Source of the DNA: Gammaproteobacteria bacterium 53_120_T64
Lineage (GTDB): Bacteria > Pseudomonadota > Gammaproteobacteria > Pseudomonadales > Porticoccaceae
DNA: 64,000 bases
Assembly (NCBI GenBank): GCA_002162815.1
Contig: MAAT01000039.1
Span: 14,605-78,604 of the forward strand
Direction: 5' to 3'
In this document: positions 1 through 10,297 of the stretch, piece after piece
Numbering within the stretch: the stretch's first letter is position 1
Layout of the letters: each line of letters starts with the position of its first letter
Notes under the pieces: model-generated
The model's database searches: none
Seen by the model: only the letters and a program-made list of their open reading frames with translations
What the model was told of the DNA's origin: nothing
Position numbers and translations under genes: made by a program

Positions 1-708
1 TTGCACACGCGAAATTATCGTGAAAGTAGCCAGTTAGTGGATTTTTTTTCACGGGACTTTGGCCGTTTGCGTGCAGTAACGAAGGGTGGGCGGGGCAAGA
101 GGAAGGTGGGCGGCCATCAACTCCAGGCCTTTACGCCACTATTTTTGTCTTGGCGGGGCAAGGGTGACCTGAAAAATCTGACGGGGATTGAAGCGGCGGC
201 GAGCAGTGTTACCTTACGCGGTGAAATGTTGTATATCGGCTTATACCTCAATGAATTGCTGCTGCGTTTACTACCCGAGTATGTGCCTCACGAGATTTTG
301 TTTGATAGTTATGGTGAGCTTATCGTGGCGCTCGGCAGCGGTGCCGATCCCGAACCCCTGTTGCGCCGCTTTGAATTATTGCTGTTGAACGAACTGGGTT
401 ATGGCCTCGATCTCACCACTGAACATATAGAAGGTCATCCCGTGGTCGCCGGTGAGTACTATCAATTAAGCCCTGATCAGGGCTTAATTCGCATCGATAC
501 TGTATTAGGTCGACAACAAGAACTTGGTTTTTCCGGTGAGCATTTATTGGCGATCGCGGAGAATGACTATCGTTCGCGCGACGTTAGGCGTTGTGCGAAA
601 CGGCTATTGCGCGGCGCCTTGCAGGCTCAGCTCGGTGGCCGCCCGCTGTTGAGTCGGCAGTTATTTCGCCAAGCGAATGCTCTTCGGGGCACGGCTCAGG
701 GCATTTAA
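1..708 (+). CDS. recO: DNA repair protein RecO, 5'-truncated at the window edge (about 9 aa missing)
   Basis: Translation aligns along its length with E. coli RecO (…GRLRAVTKGGRGKRK…LLLNELGYGLDLT…). TAA stop at 706-708. Followed by acpS, as in the era-recO-(pdxJ)-acpS neighbourhood. Confidence 0.85.
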   Translation: MHTRNYRESSQLVDFFSRDFGRLRAVTKGGRGKRKVGGHQLQAFTPLFLSWRGKGDLKNLTGIEAAASSVTLRGEMLYIGLYLNELLLRLLPEYVPHEILFDSYGELIVALGSGADPEPLLRRFELLLLNELGYGLDLTTEHIEGHPVVAGEYYQLSPDQGLIRIDTVLGRQQELGFSGEHLLAIAENDYRSRDVRRCAKRLLRGALQAQLGGRPLLSRQLFRQANALRGTAQGI

Positions 709-721
709 GGGTGGAGAAGTG

Positions 722-1105
722 ATGGTAGTGGGTATCGGCAGTGATCTAGTGCATATTAGTCGAATAGAGGCTGTACTCGAACGTCGGGGTGAGGCCTTTG
801 CAAAGCGAATATTACGCGCCGAGGAGTTATTGTTTTTTTCTCAAAAAAAAACCAGTCGTCAGCGTGCTGTCTTTTTGGCGAAGCGCTTTGCCGCCAAAGA
901 AGCGTTGAGTAAGGCGTTGAAAACGGGCATTGGTAAAGTTTCCTGGCAGCATATTTTGGTGAATAATACTGCTAGTGGTGCTCCAGAAATCACTTTGTTT
1001 GACCATGCTCTCGATGTTTGTAGGGCCCTTGGTGCGGCAACGATTCACCTCAGTCTGTCAGATGAGCAAGATATGGCGTTAGCCTTTGTGGTTTTGAGTG
1101 ACTAA
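722..1105 (+). CDS. acpS: holo-[acyl-carrier-protein] synthase (4'-phosphopantetheinyl transferase)
   Basis: N-terminus MVVGIGSDLVHISRIEAV… and FLAKRFAAKEALSKA match the AcpS family. GGAGAA RBS precedes the ATG at 722. The ORF-track start at 677 overlaps recO and is rejected. Confidence 0.8.
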   Translation: MVVGIGSDLVHISRIEAVLERRGEAFAKRILRAEELLFFSQKKTSRQRAVFLAKRFAAKEALSKALKTGIGKVSWQHILVNNTASGAPEITLFDHALDVCRALGAATIHLSLSDEQDMALAFVVLSD

Positions 1106-1283
1106 TGGAGGGGGCTTGATCTGCCCCGACTCAGCGAGAGCGGTGTTTGTTAGCTGCGTGTTTCAGGTATGTGCGTAACGCCGGTTGATATAGCCAAGCC
1201 GTCTTAAGCCTTCGTCAGATTCAATCGATAGTAGGGGCCAGCGGGCTTAAAATAGAATTTTTTTGAGTGAGTAGAACGCTAAT

Positions 1284-2177
1284 ATGGAATATCCGACCAT
1301 AGAGTCCTGCATTGGTAATACGCCGCTGGTGCGCTTACAGCGTCTAAGTGCTGGGCACAACAATACAATACTACTGAAACTCGAAGGCAATAATCCTGCG
1401 GGCTCAGTTAAGGACCGTCCGGCCTTGAGTATGATTGCCCATGCCGAAAGTAGGGGCGCCATCAAGCCCGGAGATACGCTGATCGAGGCAACCAGCGGTA
1501 ATACCGGTATCGCCCTAGCGATGGTGGCGGCGATTAAGGGCTATCGAATGATTTTGATTATGCCCGACCATATGACCGAAGAGCGTAAGGAGGCGATGTT
1601 AGCCTACGGGGCTGACTTGATTTTAGTCAGCCAGAAGGAGGGCATGGAGGGCGCGCGCGATCTCGCCTTAAAAATGCAAGAGGATGGCAAGGGCCTTGTG
1701 CTCGATCAGTTTAATAATGCCGATAACCCCCGTGCCCATATTGAAGGCACGGGGCCTGAAATTTGGCAACAAACAGATGGTACTGTTACGCATTTTGTTG
1801 CAGCTATGGGCACAACGGGTACCATTATGGGTGTCTCACAAGCCTTAAAAACGCTTAATAAAGATATTCAGATTGTCGGCCTGCAACCGGCAGAGGGTGC
1901 CAGTATCCCCGGTATCCGTCGTTGGCCCGCGGCCTACCTCCCGGGTATTTTTGATGCGGCCAGTATCGATAGAACACTGGATATCGGCCAGCGTGAAGCC
2001 GAGGATACGATGCGCGATTTGGCCCGTAAAGAGGGCGTGTTTTGTGGTGTTTCATCCGGTGGAGCTGTCGCAGGTGCTTTGCGGCTGGGGAGCGAGTTGG
2101 AAAATGCCATCATTGTTGTTTCGATCTCTGATCGCGGTGATCGCTATCTCTCCTCGGGGCTATTCAGTGCCCAATAG
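1284..2177 (+). CDS. cysM: cysteine synthase B (O-acetylserine sulfhydrylase, PLP-dependent)
   Basis: 297 aa. Near-collinear with E. coli CysM (IGNTPLV…LEGNNPAGSVKDR…TSGNTGIALAM…GYRM…MPD…). Confidence 0.8.
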   Translation: MEYPTIESCIGNTPLVRLQRLSAGHNNTILLKLEGNNPAGSVKDRPALSMIAHAESRGAIKPGDTLIEATSGNTGIALAMVAAIKGYRMILIMPDHMTEERKEAMLAYGADLILVSQKEGMEGARDLALKMQEDGKGLVLDQFNNADNPRAHIEGTGPEIWQQTDGTVTHFVAAMGTTGTIMGVSQALKTLNKDIQIVGLQPAEGASIPGIRRWPAAYLPGIFDAASIDRTLDIGQREAEDTMRDLARKEGVFCGVSSGGAVAGALRLGSELENAIIVVSISDRGDRYLSSGLFSAQ

Positions 2178-2214
2178 CCTCCTTACTATCATGCCTTCAA
2201 TCTAGGAGCGGCCC

Positions 2215-4449
2215 TTGGTGCAAGTCCGAGAAATTCATGCCACCCTGGCACAGGGCCCTGAGGACCTGAACCTTTGGCTTGATAAAATAGTCGATAAATG
2301 TCAATTGGATGGGCCTTCCCGCCAGCGACTTCGACAGGCCGCCGATCTCGCTAAACAGACGGAGGTCAGTGCTTCATTAGTGGGTGAATCGGTTTTTCGT
2401 GGCAGTATTTTGCAAATGGGCCTTGAAATAGCCGATATTCTCTCCGACTTGCGAATGGATTGCGAGGGCCTGCAGGCGGGGATCTTGTATCGTGCGGTGC
2501 GCGAGGGGAAACTCGATATTAATGTGGTGCGCGATAAGTTCGGCGACACCGTCGCAACATTAATTGGCAACGTCTTGCGTATGGCGGTGATCAGTGGTTT
2601 GCGCAATGATTCGGTGGCAAATGTACTGGGCCAAGACGCCACACAGCAGGCCAATAAAGTTAGAGAAATGCTGGTTTCGATGATTGATGACGTGCGAGTT
2701 GCGCTGATTAAACTGGCCGAGCGCACCTGTGCCATCCGCATGGTTAAAACGGCCTCCGAGGAAAAACGCAGGCAGGTTGCCAGAGAGATTTTTGACGTTT
2801 ATGCGCCTCTGGCTGATCGACTGGGTATCGGGCAGTTAAAGTGGGAACTTGAAGATCTGGCTTTTCGTTATCTTGAGGCGGATGAGTACCAGCAAATCGC
2901 TCGTTTACTGGATGAGCGGCGCATCGATCGCCAGCAATATATCGAAACGGCCATCGCCACCATTCAAGGCGAGCTGGACAACATCGACAAGCGCAATGAG
3001 GTGACCGGGCGGGCAAAACACATATACAGTATTTGGCGCAAGATGCATCGTAAAGATATTGGCTTCTCGCAGGTTTACGATATTCGAGCGATTAGGGTGT
3101 TAGTGCCAAGCGTTAGCGACTGCTATGCAGTATTGGGCATCGTGCACAGCAAGTGGCGCAATATTCCCAATGAGTTTGATGACTACATCGCCTCACCCAA
3201 GGAAAATGGCTATCAATCGTTGCATACGGCGGTGATTGGTCCTGGGCGAAAAGTGGTAGAAATTCAGATTCGCACCTACGAAATGCACGACGAGTCTGAG
3301 CTGGGTATCTGTGCACATTGGCAGTATAAGGCCGGCGATAGTACTGCTGCTGACGAAAATTACGAAGGTAAAATCGCCTGGCTGAGACAGGTTTTGGAGT
3401 GGCATGAAAATCTAGATGATTTTATCGAGCTCGAAGGTAGTGTTGAACAGGTCTATGTATTCACTCCCGATGGCCACATCATCGACTTGCCGATGGGTGC
3501 AACCCCGATTGATTTTGCCTACCGGGTGCATACCCAAATTGGTCATCGCTGTCGTGGGGCAAAAGTTAATGGTGATATTGTTAGCTTAAATGCGACATTA
3601 AAAACCGGTGATCAGGTTGAAATAATTACGGGTCAAAGCGATGCGCCCCGCCACGATTGGCTGGTCAAATCACTGGGCTATTTACAGACGACGCGGGCCA
3701 GGGCTAGAGTTCAACAGTGGTTTCGGGCACAAAATCGCGAGCAAAACATCGAGGCTGGACAGCGTCTGCTCGAGCGTGAGTTTCGCCATCTGGGTATTGA
3801 TTTGGCACAGCTGGAGACGATCGCCGGCCAGTTTAATAAACAGGGCGTCGAGGGCCTATATGCCGCGATTGGCGCCGGTAATATCAGTACCAGTGAGATT
3901 GTTCGAGCCTCCCAGGGCCGTCTGGTAGTAGCGGGGCGCCCTGCGCCATCGCCCCAGTCAAATGCTAGCCGCTATGCTGACTCGGCATTTTATATTTACG
4001 GTGTGGGTGATTTGTTGACGCGGGTAGCGCTCTGCTGCGAACCACAACCGGGGGATGACATCATCGGTTATTTAACCGCCAAGCGTGGCGTGACGATACA
4101 TCGTACCGATTGTGAGGCCCTACAGAGTTTGCAGATTGAAGAGCCTCGCCGAGTATTAAAAGTCACCTGGGGTGGCGAGCCACGACAGCGTTATCCGGTA
4201 ATGATACAAGTGAGTTCTTACGATAGAACCGGTTTATTACACGACATCACTGGCTTGATTGATAGGGAAGGCCTGTTTATCGGTAGTTTAAAAAGTGTAG
4301 ATACAGACCAAGGTTTGATACAGACCGAGTTTTCTACCGAAGTGGTGAGCATCGAAGAGCTGAGCCTACTGCTTAGCAAATTATGTCAAATTGATAATGT
4401 CGTTGATGCCTGCCGTCTCGTCGAAGAGGAGGCCGCCGGTGAGGGCTGA
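2215..4449 (+). CDS. relA: GTP pyrophosphokinase / (p)ppGpp synthetase RelA
   Basis: 744 aa, collinear with E. coli RelA (…YAPLADRLGIGQLKWELEDLAFRYL…HIYSIWRKM…TGH-box…ACT). TTG/GTG start, with AGGAG RBS 7 nt upstream. Followed by mazG as in E. coli. Confidence 0.9.
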   Translation: MVQVREIHATLAQGPEDLNLWLDKIVDKCQLDGPSRQRLRQAADLAKQTEVSASLVGESVFRGSILQMGLEIADILSDLRMDCEGLQAGILYRAVREGKLDINVVRDKFGDTVATLIGNVLRMAVISGLRNDSVANVLGQDATQQANKVREMLVSMIDDVRVALIKLAERTCAIRMVKTASEEKRRQVAREIFDVYAPLADRLGIGQLKWELEDLAFRYLEADEYQQIARLLDERRIDRQQYIETAIATIQGELDNIDKRNEVTGRAKHIYSIWRKMHRKDIGFSQVYDIRAIRVLVPSVSDCYAVLGIVHSKWRNIPNEFDDYIASPKENGYQSLHTAVIGPGRKVVEIQIRTYEMHDESELGICAHWQYKAGDSTAADENYEGKIAWLRQVLEWHENLDDFIELEGSVEQVYVFTPDGHIIDLPMGATPIDFAYRVHTQIGHRCRGAKVNGDIVSLNATLKTGDQVEIITGQSDAPRHDWLVKSLGYLQTTRARARVQQWFRAQNREQNIEAGQRLLEREFRHLGIDLAQLETIAGQFNKQGVEGLYAAIGAGNISTSEIVRASQGRLVVAGRPAPSPQSNASRYADSAFYIYGVGDLLTRVALCCEPQPGDDIIGYLTAKRGVTIHRTDCEALQSLQIEEPRRVLKVTWGGEPRQRYPVMIQVSSYDRTGLLHDITGLIDREGLFIGSLKSVDTDQGLIQTEFSTEVVSIEELSLLLSKLCQIDNVVDACRLVEEEAAGEG

Positions 4450-5275
4450 AAATACGGCGTACACGCTTGAAAATTTGCTTTATTTAATGGCGCGTCTGCG
4501 CAATCCGGATACCGGCTGTCCCTGGGATGTTGAGCAGGATTTCCAGAGTATTGTGCCCCACACCCTTGAAGAGACCTACGAGGTGGTGGATGCCATCGAG
4601 CGGGGTGATTTTTCGCACTTGCGCGAAGAACTCGGTGATTTGTTGTTTCAAGTGGTTTTTTATAGTCAGCTGGCAAAAGAGCAGGAGCTGTTCGATTTCG
4701 ACGAAATTATTGATCAGCTCACGGCCAAATTACTGAGGCGCCACCCTCATGTGTTTCCAGAAGGTACTTTGCACAGCGAGCGGGCAAGCGCTTGTACGCC
4801 TGCGGAAGCAGCGATCCGCAGTACCTGGGAGCAAGCAAAAGCCAAAGACCGCTTTGATAAGGGCGAATTTGAGCGTTTAGCTGATATCCCCTTGGCCTTG
4901 CCAGCGCTAAGCCGTGCACTGAAATTACAAAAACGCGCGGCCAACCACGGTTTTGATTGGCCAGATTACCGGCCCGTTTTAGATAAAATTGATGAAGAGC
5001 TCGCCGAATTGCGCGAGGCCATTGATTTTAATGACGCGCAGCATGTGGACGAAGAGCTTGGCGATTTGATTTTTGCCTGTGTTAATTTGGGCCGTCATCG
5101 GGGGATTGACCTGGAAGCCTGTCTGCGACGAGCCAACCTGAAATTCGCCACTCGCTTTCGTGCCATGGAGGTAATAGCCGACAATAATAGCCTCGATTTT
5201 GAAGCATTGAGCTTGGCAGAGAAAAATGAGCTATGGCTGCAGGTCAAAAGTATGGAAAAGACATCTGTTAGTTAG
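4439..5275 (+). CDS. mazG: nucleoside triphosphate pyrophosphohydrolase MazG
   Basis: Matches E. coli MazG (RLRNPDTGCPWDVEQDFQSIVPHTLEETYEV…). Likely GTG start at 4439, preceded by GAGGAGG, overlapping the relA stop (4447-4449) by 11 nt. The ORF-track start at 4391 is probably too long. Confidence 0.85.
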   Translation: MRAENTAYTLENLLYLMARLRNPDTGCPWDVEQDFQSIVPHTLEETYEVVDAIERGDFSHLREELGDLLFQVVFYSQLAKEQELFDFDEIIDQLTAKLLRRHPHVFPEGTLHSERASACTPAEAAIRSTWEQAKAKDRFDKGEFERLADIPLALPALSRALKLQKRAANHGFDWPDYRPVLDKIDEELAELREAIDFNDAQHVDEELGDLIFACVNLGRHRGIDLEACLRRANLKFATRFRAMEVIADNNSLDFEALSLAEKNELWLQVKSMEKTSVS

Positions 5276-5455
5276 CGCTTCGTTGTTATTCCAGTGACTT
5301 GTAGAAAACCCTCATTCAGTGTAAGGTTCGGCTTTTTTTTTGGTGCCGTAATACCTTAATCAGTTGAAAAAACACCGGGATAACTGGCCAGCCCATGCCG
5401 GTGACCTGCGCTGTAATTTACTATTCGGTACCTACCCGCAAATCGGAGAACATTA

Positions 5456-6109
5456 ATGCGATTAATACTGCTAGGCCCACCCGGCGCTGGAAAAGGAACC
5501 CAGGCACAATATATTGCCAAAAAATACGGCATCCCTCAAATTTCGACGGGTGACATGCTGCGAGCCGCCGTTAAAGCCGGCACCGAGCTGGGCTTAAAAG
5601 CCAAAGATATTATGGCCTCGGGTGGTTTGGTTTCCGATGAGCTAATTATTGACCTCGTCAAAGAGCGTATTCAGCAGGCCGATTGCGTCAATGGTTTTCT
5701 GTTTGACGGTTTTCCCCGTACCATTCCACAAGCACAAGCACTGGTCGATGCCAGTATAGCGATTGACGTGGTTCTGGAAATTAGCGTTGCCGATAATGAA
5801 ATAGTATCTCGCTTGAGTGGTCGGCGTGTTCACGAGGGTTCCGGTCGCGTCTACCATGTCGCCCATAATCCACCCAAAAAAGAAGGTAGCGATGACGTTA
5901 CGGGTGAGGCATTGATTCAGCGTGTCGACGATAGTGAAGACACGGTGCGCAACCGTTTGAAGGTGTATCACGAGCAAACCGAACCGTTGGTTGCCTTTTA
6001 TGAGGCACTTTTGCAGGCCGGAGACAAGCCGGCACCGCGCAATACTCGTGTTGATGGTGTTGGTGCACTCGATGATGTGCAAAGTCGTATTACGGCAGCT
6101 CTAGCATAG
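5456..6109 (+). CDS. adk: adenylate kinase
   Basis: [18 protein letters not shown]-loop. 217 aa. Typical Adk with LID region. Confidence 0.9.
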   Translation: MRLILLGPPGAGKGTQAQYIAKKYGIPQISTGDMLRAAVKAGTELGLKAKDIMASGGLVSDELIIDLVKERIQQADCVNGFLFDGFPRTIPQAQALVDASIAIDVVLEISVADNEIVSRLSGRRVHEGSGRVYHVAHNPPKKEGSDDVTGEALIQRVDDSEDTVRNRLKVYHEQTEPLVAFYEALLQAGDKPAPRNTRVDGVGALDDVQSRITAALA

Positions 6110-6225
6110 GCTCGACCTATTTAGCTGCAACTGGCCTGTTGTTGGCGATAGCCAGTTGTAAGGGTCGGGGGCGATATTCTGATTGTTATAGAGCTGGCGC
6201 GAGTAAATAATAGAAAGCACATTCG

Positions 6226-7218
6226 TTGTCGGAGCAATCCTTGGCAAGAGAAAAAACTGCTGTCATTTTAGTTAATCTCGGTACACCGGCGGCGCCTAAT
6301 GCCCGCTCGGTGGCTCGTTATTTACGTGAATTTCTCTCTGACCCCCGAGTGGTTGAGGTGCCTCGCTTACTTTGGTGGGGGCTGCTAAATCTTCTTATCG
6401 TGCCCTTGCGCTGCCGTAAAGTGAGTGAAAACTATCGTTCTATTTGGTTGGATGAGGGTTCGCCGCTCAAAGTTATTACTGAAAGGCAGGTGGCGGCTTT
6501 ACAGCGGGTTCTCGATGAATGCAGTGCCGGGCAATTTATTACTACCTATGCCATGAGTTATGGCGATCAATCTCTGGCAGAGTCAGTGCGTGAGTTGAAT
6601 GACCAGGGCATCAATAAAATAATAGTCCTACCGCTATTTCCGCAATATTCCGCCAGTACCACTGCCGTGGTTTACGACCAGCTTGGTGAGCTGCTAAAGG
6701 ACTATCGCCATATACCGGATATCCGTATTGCCCACCATTATTATGACAGCTCCAGTTATATCGATGCCCTTGCTGATTCCGTCGAAAAACATTGGCAGGC
6801 CAATGGGCGTGCCGAGTGTTTGTTAATGTCTTTTCATGGCATCCCAAAAAAATACGTGGCGGCAGGTGATCCCTATTACCGACAATGTCAGGAAACGGCC
6901 CAGGCACTGGCGCTACGTCTTGGCTTGTCTTCTCAGCAGTGGGCCTATAGCTTTCAATCACGTTTTGGTCGGCTGGAATGGATAAAGCCTTATACCGACG
7001 TCGTTTTGCAATCGTGGGCGGGTCGAGGTCTCGACAGTGTCGATGTTATTTGCCCGGCCTTTTCCAGTGATTGCCTGGAAACACTGGAAGAAATTGACCA
7101 GCTTAATCGTCAGTTGTTTTTAGGCGCTGGGGGTAAGCAATTTTCAATGATCCCCTGTTTAAACGACTCGCCTTTACATATTAAAATGTTAAAAGATCTT
7201 GTTTATTCGCGACTTTGA
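6226..7218 (+). CDS. hemH: ferrochelatase
   Basis: N-terminus (ILVNLGTP…ARYLREFLSDPRVVEV…LLWWGLL…) is collinear with E. coli HemH. adk-hemH adjacency is conserved. TTG start. Confidence 0.85.
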   Translation: MSEQSLAREKTAVILVNLGTPAAPNARSVARYLREFLSDPRVVEVPRLLWWGLLNLLIVPLRCRKVSENYRSIWLDEGSPLKVITERQVAALQRVLDECSAGQFITTYAMSYGDQSLAESVRELNDQGINKIIVLPLFPQYSASTTAVVYDQLGELLKDYRHIPDIRIAHHYYDSSSYIDALADSVEKHWQANGRAECLLMSFHGIPKKYVAAGDPYYRQCQETAQALALRLGLSSQQWAYSFQSRFGRLEWIKPYTDVVLQSWAGRGLDSVDVICPAFSSDCLETLEEIDQLNRQLFLGAGGKQFSMIPCLNDSPLHIKMLKDLVYSRL

Positions 7219-7482
7219 ATGTCGATAAAAAACAATTCCAGCGCTGCCGTTTCAATGTGGCCTTATCCTTGTTTATTTCCCCAGTCCTGCGCTCTTGTCT
7301 ACTTTGTCTCAAATAATAAAACAATGAAAATTTTGATGTCGTGATGCCTTGTTTCAGAGGGTGTTTTGTGGACAGTCAAATGTTTATCAACTAAAATTCG
7401 CATACTTGGATATACCTTGTTTTTTAGATATTCCTTGTGTTTTTAATTTATTGTCTTAAATGATTATTTCGGGAGCATTTAT

Positions 7483-8538
7483 ATGCCACGCCCTGCAAGC
7501 AAAAAGAAGTCCGCAAAGCCGGCAGCAAAAAGCACTGTTGCCAGTACCGGGTCAGCTGCGGAAAAAGTATTGGAAAAAGCACTTAAGCAGCTGGATGCTC
7601 AAAGCGGGAAGTTAAGTATTGCTAGGGATAAGCTTCGTCAGAAAAGAGAGAACACAGCCAAAAATGCCACGGCGGCCAACACCGCTGCACTCGATAAGGC
7701 CTATGCGGCTGTCACGACTCAGTCTGTCGCCCTGACTGAGCTGGCGAATACGGTTCGTTTAGCGAAGGCTGACGTGCGTATTGAAACGGTTATGAAGAAG
7801 GTTGAGGGCGCTAAAGTGGCGTTACAGCTGAAACAAGCGAACGTTACCGAGAAAATGGCCGAGCAAGCAGCTTCGGATCTAAAAGCTGCGGTCGCTAAAT
7901 TTGAACAGCGTTGGTTAAAGCAGCGTGCTCAGGCGAATGGTAAAAAACTTAAATTGGCAGCGGCGCGTTCGCGCATCAAGATCAAAAGCCTTGAGAAAAA
8001 AGCTAAGGTTGAAGCCACGGCGATCAGTAAGCGTGCCAAAAAGCTCAGTGCTGTACCTGTAGCGACCCCCGGTCGCCCCGGTCGGCCTGCGGGATCTGTT
8101 GCCAAAACAGTGAAGGCGGGAGCGGCTCCTAAACGTAGAGGGCGTCCCGCGAAAGCCGTGACGGCAACTGCGGCTTCAGAACCTAAGCGTAGGGGTAGAC
8201 CAGCCAAAGCTGTGCCGGCAGTCGCCGCTTCAGAACCTAAGCGTAGGGGTAGACCAGCCAAAGCTGTGCCGGCAGTCGCCGCTACAGCGCCTAAGCGCAG
8301 AGGCAGGCCCCCTGCTAAAGTGGCAGCAACAGCAGCAACAGCTGCCGCAGAACCTAAGCGCAGGGGCCGGCCACCAAAGGCTGTAGTTGCTGTTAAAAAA
8401 GTCGCTTCCAGTGCGACCGTTAAAAGCGCCGATGCACCTAAAAAGCGCGGTCGGCCAGCAAAAGCTGCAGCAACAACGAGCACTCCGGACAGTGCTCCAA
8501 AAAGGCGTGGTCGTCCACCGAAGGCTAAGTCAGCCTAA
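7483..8538 (+). CDS. AT-hook repeat nucleoid-associated / histone H1-like protein (AlgP/PhaF-like architecture)
   Basis: N-terminal Ala/Lys-rich coiled coil. C-terminal seven copies of PKRRGRP(A/P)KA (RGRP AT-hook core). Preceded by an AT-rich upstream region and followed by a strong terminator. Confidence 0.7.
   Translation: MPRPASKKKSAKPAAKSTVASTGSAAEKVLEKALKQLDAQSGKLSIARDKLRQKRENTAKNATAANTAALDKAYAAVTTQSVALTELANTVRLAKADVRIETVMKKVEGAKVALQLKQANVTEKMAEQAASDLKAAVAKFEQRWLKQRAQANGKKLKLAAARSRIKIKSLEKKAKVEATAISKRAKKLSAVPVATPGRPGRPAGSVAKTVKAGAAPKRRGRPAKAVTATAASEPKRRGRPAKAVPAVAASEPKRRGRPAKAVPAVAATAPKRRGRPPAKVAATAATAAAEPKRRGRPPKAVVAVKKVASSATVKSADAPKKRGRPAKAAATTSTPDSAPKRRGRPPKAKSA
8173..8280 (+). repeat. 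perfect 54-bp tandem duplication (2 units) inside the AT-hook protein gene, flanked by diverged copies
   Basis: The unit gcttcagaacctaagcgtaggggtagaccagccaaagctgtgccggcagtcgcc occurs at 8173-8226 and again at 8227-8280, encoding ASEPKRRGRPAKAVPAVA twice. Confidence 0.9.
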
Positions 8539-8561
8539 GCCTGATTAAGTCTCGATAGAAG

Positions 8562-8588
8562 ATCCCCCTTTAATGGGGGATTTTTTTT
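8562..8588 (+). terminator. rho-independent terminator
   Basis: atccccc-tttaat-gggggat stem-loop followed by T8. Confidence 0.8.
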
Positions 8589-8729
8589 AGCACGCTTTCT
8601 TCTAATGTGATAAACCCTTGGTCAAATGTTTATAATTGAATAGATCTTCTATTTTGTCGGTGGTTATCGGCGTAGAGGGCAACTTTTGATGTACCCCTTT
8701 AATTAAGGCCCTTTTTAAGTCCGAATTTT

Positions 8730-9452
8730 ATGGTAACTATTCTCTCAATTGATACCTCTGGGGCCTGTTGTTCCGTTGCCTTGAGTATCGATGACAAACA
8801 CTTTCTACGACGCACCAATACACCAAGGGAGCATGCTCGCCTGGTACTACCAATGGTGGATGAGCTCCTCACCGAGGCTGCCATTCAACTCTCGTGTCTT
8901 GATGCCATCGCATTTACCCACGGCCCAGGCTCTTTTACGGGTTTGCGTATTGGCTTCGGTGTGGTGCAAGGTTTAGCTTTTGGTGCCGAGTTACCGGTTA
9001 TTGCACTTTCAAGTCTTCAGGTGATGGCGCAACGAGCTATGCGGCAGGAAAACCTCTCCAGCGATAGTATTATTATTCCCGCTATTGATGCCCGTATGGG
9101 TGAGCTGTACTGGGGGCTTTATAGCCAAAGCAACGGTCTTGCCAAGGCCCTTACTCCCGATGCACTGTGCCCGCAGCAGGAATTGTCGCTGCCCTTTTTT
9201 GAAGATCAATCATCGAACATGACACTTGTTGGTGTTGGTGATGGATGGCAGTACCAGCCGGAGTTGCGCCGGGGCAATGATGTCATCAAACCTAGTGTCG
9301 TCTACCAGAATACGGGCCCGGATGCCGAAGACATCCTCACCCTGGCGAAGGTGGCCTTACAAGAGGGGCGGGTCAGCGCCATTGAAAATGTCGAGCCGGT
9401 TTATCTACGCAACACGATTAGCTGGAAAAAACGTCAACGCTTAAATCCTTAA
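8730..9452 (+). CDS. tsaB: tRNA threonylcarbamoyladenosine biosynthesis protein TsaB (YeaZ)
   Basis: ILSIDTSG…HGPGSFTGLRIG…ALSSL signature of inactive Kae1/YgjD paralog. 240 aa. Confidence 0.8.
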   Translation: MVTILSIDTSGACCSVALSIDDKHFLRRTNTPREHARLVLPMVDELLTEAAIQLSCLDAIAFTHGPGSFTGLRIGFGVVQGLAFGAELPVIALSSLQVMAQRAMRQENLSSDSIIIPAIDARMGELYWGLYSQSNGLAKALTPDALCPQQELSLPFFEDQSSNMTLVGVGDGWQYQPELRRGNDVIKPSVVYQNTGPDAEDILTLAKVALQEGRVSAIENVEPVYLRNTISWKKRQRLNP

Positions 9453-9486
9453 GCAGCCTAATGAGATGTTCATAAGGGATTAATGT

Positions 9487-10293
9487 ATGGAAACAATCCA
9501 GGTATTTTTTTTGGCGCTGATTCAGGGCCTGACGGAGTATTTGCCAATTTCTAGCTCTGCTCACTTAATTTTGCCATCGCAGCTATTGGGCTGGCCGGAT
9601 CAGGGCCTGGCCTTTGATGTGGCCGTGCATATTGGCTCGCTACTGGCGGTTTGCAGCTATTTTCGAAAAGAGTTACAAGTTATTTTTAGCAGTTGCTGGG
9701 CGCAGTTATTTCACGGCCAAGCCAATGAACACAGTCGCTTGGGCTGGCTGCTGATATTCGCTACCTTTCCCGTGGGTCTTGCCGGTTTATTGTTCGGCGA
9801 TTTTATTGAGGAGCACCTGCGCTCAATAATGGTGATAGCCTTAACGACGATTGTCTTCGGTTTATTACTTGGCGTGGTCGATAAAAAGGGCTCCCAGCAA
9901 TTGACCATGGCGCAAATGAATTGGCGTTCCGCGATGTTAATAGGTCTGTCCCAGGCCTTGGCCCTGATACCCGGTACCTCGCGGTCTGGCATTACCATTA
10001 CGGCGGCTTTGGCCCTGGGCTACGACCGCCAAGCGGCGGCTCGTTTTTCCTTTCTTTTAGCCATCCCGGTGATTATTCTCAGTGGCGCTTATAAAGGGCT
10101 GCAGCTCGTCGGTGAGCCTAATACTGTCGCCTGGGGCGATATCTTTCTCGGCATTGGCCTTTCAGCGGTGACTGCATTTGCCTGCATCCATTTTTTCCTC
10201 GCCCTGGTTAATCGTATCGGCATGATGCCTTTTGTATGGTATCGGCTTATTCTCGGTGGGTATTTATGTACTTTGTTAGTCAATGGGAGTTAG
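9487..10293 (+). CDS. uppP: undecaprenyl-diphosphate phosphatase
   Basis: TEYLPISSSAHLIL… and PGTSRSG motifs. Polytopic membrane protein of 268 aa. Confidence 0.85.
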   Translation: METIQVFFLALIQGLTEYLPISSSAHLILPSQLLGWPDQGLAFDVAVHIGSLLAVCSYFRKELQVIFSSCWAQLFHGQANEHSRLGWLLIFATFPVGLAGLLFGDFIEEHLRSIMVIALTTIVFGLLLGVVDKKGSQQLTMAQMNWRSAMLIGLSQALALIPGTSRSGITITAALALGYDRQAAARFSFLLAIPVIILSGAYKGLQLVGEPNTVAWGDIFLGIGLSAVTAFACIHFFLALVNRIGMMPFVWYRLILGGYLCTLLVNGS

Positions 10294-10297
10294 CACA

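Noticed and set aside
1106-1283. GGGGGC…GCCCC hairpin after acpS as a terminator
   Set aside because: The stem is present, but no U-tract follows. Not called.
5642-6082. 146-aa minus-strand ORF inside adk
   Set aside because: Antisense to a highly conserved adenylate kinase gene.
7929-8483. 184-aa minus-strand ORF antisense to the AT-hook protein gene
   Set aside because: It lies entirely inside the repeat region of a better-supported plus-strand gene. Its low-complexity Ala/Gly/Arg translation is the mirror of the repeats. No RBS.
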